NCBI GenBank assembly: GCA_028534125.1
Contig: CM052817.1
Location: forward strand, 102,860,001 to 102,924,000
From: Lama glama
Taxonomy: Eukaryota
DNA length: 64,000 bases
Reading direction: 5' to 3'
Part shown: piece after piece, positions 25,930 through 37,562 of the stretch
Position numbering within the stretch: the stretch's first letter is position 1
Layout of the letters: each line of letters begins with the position of its first letter
Translations under genes and position numbers: made by a program
The notes under the pieces: generated by a model
Told to the model about the DNA's origin: nothing
The model's input: only the letters and a program-made list of their open reading frames with translations
The model's database searches: none

Positions 25930-26279
25930 AATTTATGTTCCTCTGATTTTCCTTCCCTCCCATCTTTTGATATCTTTGAACATTTTTTAGAATTCCATTT
26001 TAATTTTCTTTTGGCTTTTTTACTTTTATACTATTCTATATAGTCTTTTATATAGACTTTATATAATCTCTTCAGTTGCTCCAATGCTTACAATGTAGAG
26101 TTCAGTTCACACTTTATACCATCAACTTAGAATTAAATCATTTTACCACTTCCAGCAAAAATAAATAAACAAACGATACAGGTCCTCTTCCATCCCTCCC
26201 TCCTTATAATGTCATCATAGGTATCACACTGAAAGCCCTATCAGTGAATTTTCTCTGCTCTATGCTGGATCACCAACCA

Positions 26280-27385
26280 CTCCCTCTCTACTAGATGATG
26301 CCTGTCAACACACAAACTTGCTCCAATATCTATTATTCTTTCTAAAGTCCTCTCTTGATCTGAAATATCCCTTGTGCTATTATACCATTCTCTGCTTACC
26401 ATTCAGAGCAATTTTAAAAAGTTGTCTGTACATGCTGTCTTCCGTGCCCTCTCTCCTCTTTAATGAACTTCTGCCCAATTTTTACCCCCATGACAACACT
26501 AAAAATTCTCTTGCCAAATCAGTCATATTCCAGGTAGTTTATTTCAACCTCTCAGGAGCATCAGGCAGGACAGAACATTCATTCTTCTCTCAGCCCCTCA
26601 CAAGCCTACCTATCCTCCCACGTTATTCATGCTTCATCCTCAGTCTATTTGCTGACTCTGCAAAATTCTGCTTCCTACATGTTAGGGTTTCTGAAGTATT
26701 TCCTTGGACTTGCTTCCTTCTCCACAGTGCATCGCAGTTCTTTATATCCAGTTCTGAGTATCTGAATGATAGTTACATATTGAAGATTGCCATATTCTTG
26801 TATTCAGCAAAAATCTCTTTTCTGAGTTCAAAACTCACAACCACACTGCCTAGTTGACATCTTTACTTGAGTCTCAGATATCTTCAACACAGCATGTCCA
26901 AAATCTTTTTGGTCCCCTCCCCCAACTTACAACACCAATGCCAGAATTACACGTCTGCAAAAAATGCACCGACATTATCCTCTCTCAATTTCAATCTTCT
27001 TTTTTTTTCCCACTCTCCTACCACTACTAAAATCCAAATCACCCTCTTCTTCCCAAGATGTTGCACAAACCTCTTAATGGATTTTCCCAGTTTTACTCTT
27101 TCTTACATCTAATTCAATCTCCAAGAGCAATGAATTTGAACTCCTTCTAATTCAGATCTTTTCATCCAGTGCTTCAAACCTTACAGAGATTTCTCTTTAT
27201 ACTATGAAATAAATCCAATTTTGTTTAATACTACCTTCCAGTCCATGCTCAACTCTGTAACTTCATCTCATGTCATTATCTTGCCCTCCATTACACTCCA
27301 TCCACACTGGACGTACTTCAATGTCAGGGACACATCAGGGTCCTTCCTGCTTCAGGAATTTTGCATAAGCTGCTCTCTATGTGTG
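26280..27385 (+). mobile_element. L2 relic (about 1.1 kb)
   Basis: Pyrimidine-rich L2 body motifs: ctgcctagttgacatctttacttgagtctcagatatcttcaacacagcatgtccaaa, cactccatccacactggac. Confidence 0.7.
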
Positions 27386-27399
27386 AAGAAATATATTCT

Positions 27400-27960
27400 T
27401 AATCATTCATTCTTAACCTTTCTTATATTATCAAGTGTTGATTATGTGCTAATCATGGTGTTGGATACAAGGGATCCTATTAAACAGAATAGATAAATCC
27501 TTGGTCTTCAAGGCCTACCATTTATGGTAGAGAAGACAAACAATAAAAAAGGAAATGAAATATAATATATGTATAATCAAATAAATAATATTATGGCAAA
27601 TAACATGGGGGAAGGAGTAAGCTGGGATTGACTGAGAAGGCCTGACTGAGAGGGTACTATTTAATTGGAGGCCTGCCTAATAAGTCAACTAAGTAAATGA
27701 GCCAAGAGCATTCAAAGCAAAGAGAAGAGCATGTGCAAAGGCCCTGAGCCCAGAAAGAGTGTCCTGTGTTAGAAAAACTGAAATATGGCCATGGAGACTC
27801 AAGCACTTTGAGTCAGAGCAGAAGGGCCTGCAGTTAAGTAGGAGGGCAGATAAAGGCCAGATCAGGCAGGAATCCAGATTTTGTAAGTACAGTGGAGAGC
27901 TTTTGGAGTTGTTCAAGCAACAGACTGACATGATCTGATGTAGAAAAATAACTTTAACGT
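27400..27960 (-). mobile_element. L2 3' relic
   Basis: tcattcattc...tatgtgctaatcatggtgttggatacaaggga...agcatgtgcaaaggccctgag...tgacatgatctgat. Confidence 0.75.
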
Positions 27961-29269
27961 AGTGCTTTTTAACACTTCTCTTTATAAGACGTAGCTGAAA
28001 ATCCACAGTTGAGATCACCAATAATAAGAGCATCTGCAAATAATGAATGTCCTCCAAAGGGGCATTTTATCCTTTTATTATGAAGTTGTAGCAGAAGACA
28101 GCTTATTCTCAAAGAGCTGAGTTCCTAAACAGGAGATTATTTGAAACTACTAAAAATATATACACAGAAGTATAAAGAGGTCAATCCCCAAAAGGAAGGT
28201 GGAATAGCTAAACCAAATAGTATCATGATGGGCAGAAGCCAATATACAATTGTGCATATGCAGCAGCAATAAAAAAAATGTTCAATTCAAATAAAATACA
28301 CAGCAGAAAGTCATAAATAAAAAATAGCTCCAATCTACTTTAGCAGCTGTATTTATATAGTGCATGCATTTTCTTTTTCATGACTTTGCCTTTACTATGG
28401 GTTTAATGATGAGGTCAGTAGTAAGTATTTTGCTTCACATTTTCTAAAGAGGACATGTGGCTTAGGAAGACTATAGGAAACAATTTCCAAATAACCACAG
28501 ATTAGAACTCAGATTCATGGTTTGCTTAATACTTCCTGGCGTGACTTATTGTGAAGGTTCAATTTTAAGGAGATAAGCAGTTTTCTTTTAAAGATAGCTT
28601 TCTCTATGATACACATTTAATCTCTTTTTGAGAAAAATCATATTGGAAACATCCAAGAGAAACAAAAAATGTAAAATACTACCAAGAAAGAAGAGTTTAT
28701 GATCTTTTAAAATTTGGAATTTCCAAAGCTCTCTAAGAAGATTTCTAAAAGCATAATTAAAACTGACATTATAGGGTATACAACTAATACAGTAAGGTTT
28801 TCTTAAATCAAGTTTCTAAGAAAATTAACATTTTGCTTCCTTGTATGGAAGCCTAAAATTTATCGTTTTGAAAATAAGTTTTTAAATTGTCAAATAAAAA
28901 AGAAGGAAAATCCATTTAAGCAATCATTCCATTTGCATGAGTTAGCAATCCTTTCTTATATGTTGAGTGTAGTAAATAAATGAGGAAGTTCATCTTGCAG
29001 TGCAATTCATTTTGGTTTAAAGTACCCAGACAAACACTGCAAATTTAGAGAAGAGTAATGGGAACTTGAATGTCCTATTCACCTTTGATAACTGAAGGAT
29101 TCTTTCCTGCTCTTTTCAATCTTTAAATGAAATACTCTGTCAGAGAAAATACTTGTCTGACATGAAAATAAATGATACTCAAGAAGGTAAACAACATAGT
29201 TTGGTGTTCTTAGAAAATCTACGTATGTGAACAATCTAGGACACACTGATAATAATCACAGAAATAGCT

Positions 29270-29405
29270 CTCACTTACTAAGAAGCTCCCTGTAGCATGT
29301 ATGCACTTAACATATGTTATCTCAGTTCTCACAATTATCCTGTGAGGCTGGAAATAGTATTGGACCCATTCATATAACTGAAGAAGCAAAAGCTAAAAGA
29401 AGTAA
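29270..29405 (-). mobile_element. MIR relic
   Basis: ttatctcagttctcacaattatcctgtgaggctggaaatagtattggacccatt. Confidence 0.6.
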
Positions 29406-29469
29406 CCTATTCAATTTATAACAACTTATAATTTAAAAAATTATATTCTTCTCTCAGTTCCTGTACCAT

Positions 29470-29900
29470 ACTGAAAGACATTCTGCTAGACTCTGAAAGG
29501 CAATAGAAAGACGGGATGGAATTTCTGCCTCAGCCTGATTGTGGAGCTAGACAAACAAAGCAGTAACCATAAAGCAAAGTGGAAAGGTAAAGCATCCTGA
29601 ATGCCATGGGAGCCCAGCATCAGTTTTTTAACTCAGCCAAAGGTGGACAGAGAAGGAAGGCTTTCTGTAAGTGATGCAAGGGTTCAAACTGAGTCTTGGA
29701 GAAGAATAAAGAGTTAGCCAGGAAGAGAAATGGGCAGGGCAGTGGGAAGCACCTCGGAGATGAGGTCATTACAAAGTCACACAAATACGAAATGATAACT
29801 ACAAATGCCAGCGGTGTTGGGAGCATAGGCTTGTGTTGAAAAATGGCAAAATATAAATGGAAAAGATATCAGCAGATGTCCCTGGTGAAGAAACTATGAA
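29470..29900 (-). mobile_element. L2 relic
   Basis: tgccatgggagccca...ggaaggctttctg...ctgagtcttggagaagaataaagagttagccagg. Confidence 0.6.
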
Positions 29901-29904
29901 TTAT

Positions 29905-30068
29905 GTTACCTTGGGAAAGCTACTTAGTTATTCTCCATGATCCCATTTCCTCATCTGCAATATGGGTTAATAATTCCTATAGTTTTGCAAGGAATAAGTA
30001 GGTTGATAACCAAAACTTAAGAGAATGACCAGAACACAGTACATAGTCAAATATTTGCTATTATTAGC
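29905..30068 (+). mobile_element. MIR relic
   Basis: tgttaccttgggaaagctactta...tttcctcatctgcaatatgggttaataa, the MIR core. Confidence 0.75.
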
Positions 30069-30479
30069 TAACAGAAGAAAGGTAGCTGGGCCCAGAAGGT
30101 ACAGCTAGAGAGCATCCTAGCTAAGACCCAAACTCAGATCAGAGGAATTTCAAAGCCATTGGTTCTAACACTACATAAACTCAACACAATTCAAACGACA
30201 AATGTTGTTTTCCCTCATGTTTTCACTTAGGGGCTCTTAAACTTTTTTAAAAGCCAGAATTTTTTAAAAAGTCAAGGAGACAAGGAAGGAGAGCAAAATA
30301 AAGGGAAAGAGAGCCCAAAGCACTGACTACTGTCTCCATGTCGTTTAAACTCTAAGCTCCATGAGGTCAGGAACTGTTTGTCTTATTCACCATTAAACCT
30401 TCAACCAATAAATACTTGTTGCTTAACTGGAAAAAAGTCATCACTATGTAGCACACTTGAAACTGATTATATGTCAATT

Positions 30480-30800
30480 AAAAATAGAAATTAAAACAAA
30501 ATTTCCCAAACTGAAGAACCAGACTTTCCACATAAAAATGTTTTCACCTGGTGCCTAGCACAATGGAAGAATAAAGACTTACACTAAGGCAAATGCTTGA
30601 GAAATTTCATAACACTGGGTATGAAAAGAGTCAGAAAAAGGAGAAATATACAGTAAAACAGGAATCAGAATAACTTCTGAAGTTTTACATAATATTAGAT
30701 GCTAAAAAACAGTGAAGCAGTACTTTCAAAATAATAAAAGGAAGTTACATCCACTCTGTTATTTTATATCCAGTCCCTGAAGGGAACAAATAATAAAAAG
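30480..30800 (+). mobile_element. Ancient L1M/HAL1 ORF1-region relic
   Basis: aaaatttcccaaactgaaga...gaaatttcataacactggg...ggaatcagaataacttctga...gatgctaaaaaacagtgaagca. Confidence 0.6.
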
Positions 30801-30909
30801 TGTAATTTTAAAATTCCTAAAATAAAGATACTTGAAACTATATATTAGGAAAGCATATAGTGTGCCTGAAAGTATCAAATCGTAACTACCAACATCAACA
30901 GATAATCTT

Positions 30910-33526
30910 GAGGATTTCTCATCAAGATGGCGGAGTGGTAGGACCACAAGCTCGCCTCTCCTCATGACTACAACAAAACCACAACTGAATGCTAAACAAC
31001 CATTGAAAAAAAGACTGGAACCTAGCAAAAAAGATCTTCTGCAACTGGAAACATAAAGAGGGAACCAGAGCAGGATGGTAGGAGGAGCATGCTCATGATA
31101 TAACTGGGTCCCATGCCCCGGGGTGGGCAACCAACAAGCTGAAGAATAGTTAAGTCACAGACACCCTCCCATAGGACAGAGAGCTCTAAGCCCCACGTCA
31201 GGCCCCCCAGCTTTGGTCCCGGCATTGGGAAGAGAAGGAGACCCCAGGACATCTGGTTTTGAAGGCCAGCGGGGCTTGGTGCCAGAAGCCCCACGGGACT
31301 GGGGAGAATGGAGACTCCCTTCGCTTGGGAAATGTACACGGAGACTCACGTGCACCAGGTTCAAGGGCAGAGGCAGTGATTTCACAGGAAGTTGGGCCGG
31401 GCCTGCCTGCTGGATTTGGAGGGTCTCCTGGGGACCTAGGGGATGGCTGCAGCTCACTAAGGGGACATAAAAGCTGGTGGCGGACATTCTGGGAGTGTTC
31501 CTCTACATGCGTTTTCCTGGAGGCTGACATCTTGCTTGGGTCATTAGCACCAAGACCTAGCCCCACGCAACAGCCTGTAGGGAAGCCTCAGGCCAAACGA
31601 CATACAGGGTGGGAACACAGCCCCACCCATCAGCAGACTTCCTGAGTCACAAAGGCCTCTAGTCACAGCTCTACCCACAAGAGGTCCAGGAACAAGCCTC
31701 ACCCAGCAGTGGGCAGGCACCGGCTCCTCCTGCCAGGAAACCTGCGCAAGCCTCTAGTCCAGCCTTGTCCACCAGGGGCAGATACTAGAAAAAAGAAAAC
31801 AACAACCCCAAAGCCTGTGGAAGGAATCCACAAACACAGGCCAGACTCTGCCCTGGGACTGGCTGGACCCTGACCCTTGGGTGACAAGAGAGAAGTGTGC
31901 TGCTGAGACGTATAGGGTATCTCCCACAGAGGGCCACCTCTCCAAGGTCGAGAAATGTAACTAACTGACTGAAAAATAAAAATAGAAAGATAGACGATAT
32001 GAGGCAGCAAAGGAATATCTCCCAGCCCAAGGCACAAGATAAAATCCTGAAGAAGAAATAAGTGACGAGGAGACACGCAATTTATTTAAGAGTTTAAAGT
32101 AACGATGGCCAAGATGATTAGAGAACTCAAGAGGAGTATAGATGTACAGAGAGAAGATTTTAGCAAAGAGTTGGAAAATATAAAGAACACCCAAACAGAG
32201 TTGGAGAATAAAATCACTGAAATGAATAACACATTAGAAGGAACCAAGAATAGACTAAATGAGGCAGAAGAATGGATCAGTGAGCTAGAAGACACATTAG
32301 TGGAAATCACTAATGCAAAACAGAAGAAAGAAAAAAGAATGAAAAGAAATGAGGATAATTTAAGAGACCTCTGGGACAACATTAAGTGCACTAATATTCA
32401 CATTATAGGGATCCCAGAAAGAGAAGAGAGAGAGAAAGTACCTAAGAATATTTTTGGAGAGAGAATTACCGAAAACTTCCCCAACTTGGGAAAGGAATCA
32501 GTCACCCAAGTCATGGAAGCACAGAGAGTACCACACAGGATCAACCCAAAGAGGAACACACCAAGGCACACAGTCATCAAACTGACAAAAATTAAGGGTA
32601 AGGAGAAAATATTAAAATTCACAAGAGAAAAGCAACAAATAACATACAAGGGAACTCCCATAAGGTTATCAGCTGAATTTTCAGTAGAAATTCTACAGGC
32701 CAGAAGGGTGTGGCATGATATATTTAAAGTGATGAAAGGGGAAAATTTACAAACAAGAATAATCTATCCAGCAAGGTTCTTGTTCAGACTTGATGGAGAA
32801 ATCAAAAGCNNNNNNNNNNNNNNNNNNNNNNNNNNNNNNNNNNNNNNNNNNNNNNNNNNNNNNNNNNNNNNNNNNNNNNNNNNNNNNNNNNNNNNNNNNN
32901 NNNNNNNNNNNNNNNNNNNNNNNNNNNNNNNNNNNNNNNNNNNNNNNNNNNNNNNNNNNNNNNNNNNNNNNNNNNNNNNNNNNNNNNNNNNNNNNNNNNN
33001 NNNNNNNNNNNNNNNNNNNNNNNNNNNNNNNNNNNNNNNNNNNNNNNNNNNNNNNNNNNNNNNNNNNNNNNNNNNNNNNNNNNNNNNNNNNNNNNNNNNN
33101 NNNNNNNNNNNNNNNNNNNNNNNNNNNNNNNNNNNNNNNNNNNNNNNNNNNNNNNNNNNNNNNNNNNNNNNNNNNNNNNNNNNNNNNNNNNNNNNNNNNN
33201 NNNNNNNNNNNNNNNNNNNNNNNNNNNNNNNNNNNNNNNNNNNNNNNNNNNNNNNNNNNNNNNNNNNNNNNNNNNNNNNNNNNNNNNNNNNNNNNNNNNN
33301 NNNNNNNNNATGAAAGGGGAAAATTTACAAACAAGAATAATCTATCCAGCAAGGTTCTTGTTCAGACTTGATGGAGAAATCAAAAGCTTCACAGATAAAC
33401 AAAAGCTAAAAGAATTCAGCACCACCAAACCAGCATCACAACAAATGTTAAAAGAATTTTTCTAGTCATCAAACCATAAGAAAAGAGAACAAAAAGAAGA
33501 AAGAGGGGGGAAAAAGACCTACAAGA
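30910..33526 (+). mobile_element. L1 5' UTR plus ORF1 (spans the assembly gap)
   Basis: YY1-type caagatggcgg at 30923. 5' UTR about 1.1 kb. ORF1 ATG 31999 is frameshifted, open from 32105 (LRDLWDNIK, ENFPNL, TPRH, YKGTPIRLSAEFS, IIYPAR). After the gap it ends FTDKQKLKEFSTTKPASQQMLKEFF*. Confidence 0.93.
32810..33309. other. Assembly gap, 500 N
   Basis: Run of exactly 500 N with the same 78 bp on both sides (32732-32809 and 33310-33387). Confidence 0.99.
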
Positions 33527-34062
33527 GTTTGCTTTGGCTGTTCGGAGTCTTTTGTGGTTCCTTATAAATTTTGGAATTGTTTGTTCTAGTTCTGTGAGGA
33601 ATGTCATGGGTATTTTGACAGGGGTTGCACTGGATCTGCGGATTGCTTTGGGTAGTGTGGCCATTTCGATAGTGTTGATTCTTCCAATCCAACAACACAA
33701 GAAATCTTTCCTTTTCTTTGTGTCATTTTGGTTTTCAGAGTATAGGTAACCTTCTTGGTTAAGTTTACTTCTAGGTATTTTGTTGTTTTTGTTGTAATGA
33801 AAATGTTTATGCCAGTTATAAAATTCTGGGTTTTGAAGTGAAAAAAAAAAAGTGAATGAAGGATTGCAAATGGCAAAATATCCTTCTTTCTTATGGGTGA
33901 GTTGTATTCCATTAAATATATATATTATATATATTATATATATACTGCATCTTCTTTATCTATTCAACTATTGATGTGCACTTAGAATGCTTCCATATCT
34001 TGGCAATTTTAAATAATGTTGCTGTTGATAGCAAGATGTATGTATCTTTTTGAATTAGTAAT
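33527..34062 (-). mobile_element. Two inverted L1 ORF2 fragments
   Basis: Minus-strand translations CWIGRINTIEMATLPKAI...KFIRNHKRLRTAK (33527 to about 33790) and MEYNSPIRKKDILPFAI (about 33862-34062). Confidence 0.85.
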
Positions 34063-34189
34063 TATTTTGTGATTGGCTTTATTCCTTTGATAACTATGTA
34101 AGTTTAAAAAGAAGCTCTAAACGTTCTTAGAAACAATGAACAGTACATATAAGCAAATGTAAAAAATTTATGTGCAGTAAAAAAAAAAG

Positions 34190-34712
34190 AAAAAAAATGA
34201 GCTATCAAGCCGTGAAGGACTTGGAAGAAACTTAAAAGACATATTACTAAATGACAGGAGCCAGTCTGAAAAGGTTACAAACTGTATGATTCCAACCAAA
34301 TGACATTCTGGAAAAGGCAAAGCTACAGAAACAATAAAAAGATCATGGTTTCCAAGGGTTTAGGGAGAAAGAGGGAGGGATGAACAGATGGAGCACAAGG
34401 GATTTTTAGGGCAATGAAATTATTCTGTATGATACTACAGTGGTGGCTACATGTCATTATGCATTTGTCAAAACCAGTAGAATGTACAACATCAAGAGTG
34501 AACTCTAATGTGAACTATGGACTTTGGTTAACAATAATGTGCCCATGTTGGCTCATCAATTGTACCAAATATGCCACACTGATGAGGGATGATGAGGGTA
34601 GGGGAGTATGTATGTGTGGGTGGGGAGAGCGATGTATGAACTCTCTGTATTTTCTGCTCAATTCTGCTGTGAACCTGAAACTGCTCTCAAAAATAGTCTA
34701 TAAAAAAAAAAA
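34190..34712 (+). mobile_element. L1MC1-like 3' end
   Basis: aatgagctatcaagccgtgaa...tgacattctggaaaaggcaaa...catgtcattatgcatttgtcaaaacc...gctgtgaacctgaaactgctctcaaaatagtcta plus A tail. Confidence 0.85.
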
Positions 34713-34859
34713 ACCAGACAAAAAAAAAAAAGAAAAAAAAAGATGGTCTTGTAAAATTCTAACTTGAAGGGAAACAAATCCTGTGGGCACTGAGATAAAA
34801 GGAGTATATGACATATATGAAAAAAAGGAAACCATGGTCTTTTAGAGCATAAATAAATC

Positions 34860-35460
34860 AATAAATCAGAAATAAATGGAGAGTATAATTATGATGCTCA
34901 AAGAAAATGAAAATGTGAGCCAAGGATTTTTACCTAACAAAACTGGCTTTTGATATAAAGGATACAAACTGTTATCAACAGGAAAGGACTCATAGAAGGT
35001 GATTACTATTAGCCCTTCTTGAGGAATTTATTAAAGAACGAACTTCGATCAAAATGACTCGAGGGACGTCAACAGAAGAACTTGCGTGGAGCATGAAAGG
35101 ATGTTACTTGCTGAACAAAGAGAAGTGAATGTTGGAAGGAAGAAAATATTGTTATGGCTACAAGCTCCAACAGAAAATGGAGGTTCAAAGATGTGTCCAT
35201 GCAAAGACACTTTGCTTTGTTTTCAGTAGAGTTGGTAATAACTGTCCTAGTATTGTTATTCTGAGACTGTGGTGTGTGATATGTGGGTTGGAATAATTAG
35301 GGAATATCCCAACATCCTCTGTGTCCTTGAGAACCAAAGGGAAATAAAGAGATAAGTGAAAACCACAAGATCCAAAATTAGAACTGGCAGTATGAACTCA
35401 TCAGGTATGTCATATTTAAAAATATATATTTCCTAGTTTTTCTAGCGAATTGGCCAAGAA
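34860..35460 (+). mobile_element. Ancient L1M/HAL1-like relic
   Basis: aatgtgagccaaggattttta...ggaaaggactcatagaa...gcccttcttgaggaattta resembles an old ORF1 3' region and downstream sequence. Confidence 0.45.
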
Positions 35461-35614
35461 ACAATGATAAATGACCTTGGAGCAGGAGGAGGGAAGAACA
35501 AGAGAAGGAGCAGAATCTGGGGTGCACACCTCTTCCTTGTGAGCTTTATAAACCATATTTGATGACTGAAATGGAAATTATAATACTACCTGTTACTCAA
35601 GACAATGATATTTA

Positions 35615-36028
35615 TTTTCCCCAGATTTATTGAGATAAAAGCAACATAAAACACTGTGCAACGTTAAGGTATACAGGTGTAAGATATACAGGTACAAAGG
35701 TGTTGATTTGGAACCTTCATATACTGAAAAATGATGGCCACTGTAGATTTAGCCAACACTTCCATCACGTCACAAATCACTATTTCTTTTTTTGTGGTAA
35801 GAATATTTAAGTTCTACTCTCTCAGCAACTTTGAAGTATATAATATAGTATTATTGACCATAATCACTAAGCTGTACGTTAGATCTTAAAACTAGAAGTC
35901 TATACTATTGGACCAACAGCTCCCTGTATGTCCCACCCATCAAGTCCTGGTAATCAGCGTTTTAGTCTCTATTTCAATGAGTTCAGATTTTTTAGATCCC
36001 ACATAAAAGTGATGTCATACACTATTTG
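35615..36028 (-). mobile_element. L1MA9/10-like 3' fragment with 15-bp TSD
   Basis: agatttattgagata...ttctactctctcagcaactttgaagtatataata...gagttcagattttttagatcccacataa. Direct repeat agacaatgatattta at 35600-35614 and 36029-36043. Confidence 0.88.
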
Positions 36029-36043
36029 AGACAATGATATTTA

Positions 36044-37172
36044 AATTTAAATACTTAACCAGGGGGAAGGTAAAGAGACCTAAATGCAGAGGAGGTTTTC
36101 ACACTTCCTTTAAAGAAGTAAAGTGTTGAGACCGGTAGACAATGTCACACGTGTATGTTACATACCCAGAGCAGACACTGAGAACTATACCAAAAGCCAC
36201 AGTCAAAACCACTGTAAAGAAAGCAAGACAGATTCCTAACTTTATGTCCCTACAGTGGACTAACACACATTGAATAAGTTTGAATTAGTCAGTTCATAAC
36301 GGTTTTTAAAAATACTAATTGGTCATATTTAGAGGATGACAGGGAATGAAACTGTTGCCTTTAAAATTGTGTAACTAAAGGGAAGGAACCAAATCCTGCC
36401 TTTCCCGTGTGAAGTAATACTTCTCTGTGGGTAATCAAAAAAAAAAAAAAAAGAAGTGGAAAAGGGGAAGGATTTCTTTCTAAAATTATTTATGCAAATG
36501 AAAAAACACAGCAGAATACCATCATTTTGTAACTCTCGAGGAATTAGTAATCATTATAAGCATTAAGTATCAACAGCTGCTACTATTAAAAAAAATGGTT
36601 AAAACCAGACATAATGTGCATCCTGATAAAAGAACATACCACCAGCAGAGAGATCTAACTCCAGTCTGATTGCACGTCTGGATCCAGCTGCCAAGTACAG
36701 GGAATACAGAAGGCAGAGTCCCAGGTTAAACGCATCCAAGTTTCCAGATCAGCAAAACCTAGACTATGGTGAACTACCCCAGTTAAAGGACACAAGTTCT
36801 TCCTCGGGTAGATTATAAGGAAAAGAAAGAAACTGAAAGGAAATCCATGAGACTAAAAGAGACTTGAAAGATATATCACATTTTTAAACGGGCCAGACTA
36901 AACCATGGTGTCTAGGAATGCACTCTTAGCTGATACAGCCATAGGGAAAAGTGGCTGTTATAACAATCAGGGTGGTGGTTACATAGGCAGAATGCGACAG
37001 CCCCTGACAGGCGCTGAGCACGTGGATAGCTTCGGGGGCCAGTGGGAAAATCCTCTATTTCTTGACTTGGGCAACGATTACAAGGATATTCACCTTACAA
37101 CTCACCAAGCTGCATGTATGCTTTGTCTGGTTTCCTACAGCCCAGGTTTTTTTCCATTTTTGTTTTTTTTAA
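36044..37172 (+). mobile_element. Ancient L1 (L1MC4/5-like 3' region) fragments
   Basis: ccagacataatgtgcatcctgat...cagggaatacagaaggcaga...cagcaaaacctagactatgg...gactaaaagagacttgaaagatatatca...tctatttcttgacttggg. Confidence 0.65.
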
Positions 37173-37419
37173 AGTAATACTAAGATCTAAAAAAGGTTAA
37201 ACTTAGATCATGTGCATTAAATTAGTACTACATCAACTTCATATATTTCTAGAGCAAAAGAGACTGATGTCAGACAGGTCATGTTGACTCCACCAGCATA
37301 ACTTCCTCAGTGTGATCCAAAGATAACTAAGCATTAAACACTATTTGTAACAAGATTTTTTTTGGTCACAGAAGTATTTCTAACATAATCTATTTACCAA
37401 AGCTTAATGACTTGAAAAG

Positions 37420-37562
37420 GCATGGGTGTTGACTTCACACAGACCTAAATTTCAGTCCCAATCCTACTTGTTTTTTAGTTTTGTGACTTAGCCTTTCTGA
37501 TTTTCAGTTCTCTTGACTGCACAATGGGAATAATTACTAATACTATTGTTTTTTAAGGATGG
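37420..37562 (+). mobile_element. MIR relic
   Basis: acagacctaaatttcagtccca...tgtgactta...tctgattttcagttctcttgactgcacaatgggaataat. Confidence 0.65.

Noticed and set aside
26318..26857. 179-aa ORF
   Set aside because: Lies in a pyrimidine-rich L2 relic; Leu/Ser/Phe-biased with no recognisable domain.
32105..33371. 402-, 201- and 193-aa ORFs
   Set aside because: Lengths are inflated by the N gap; the real content is L1 ORF1.
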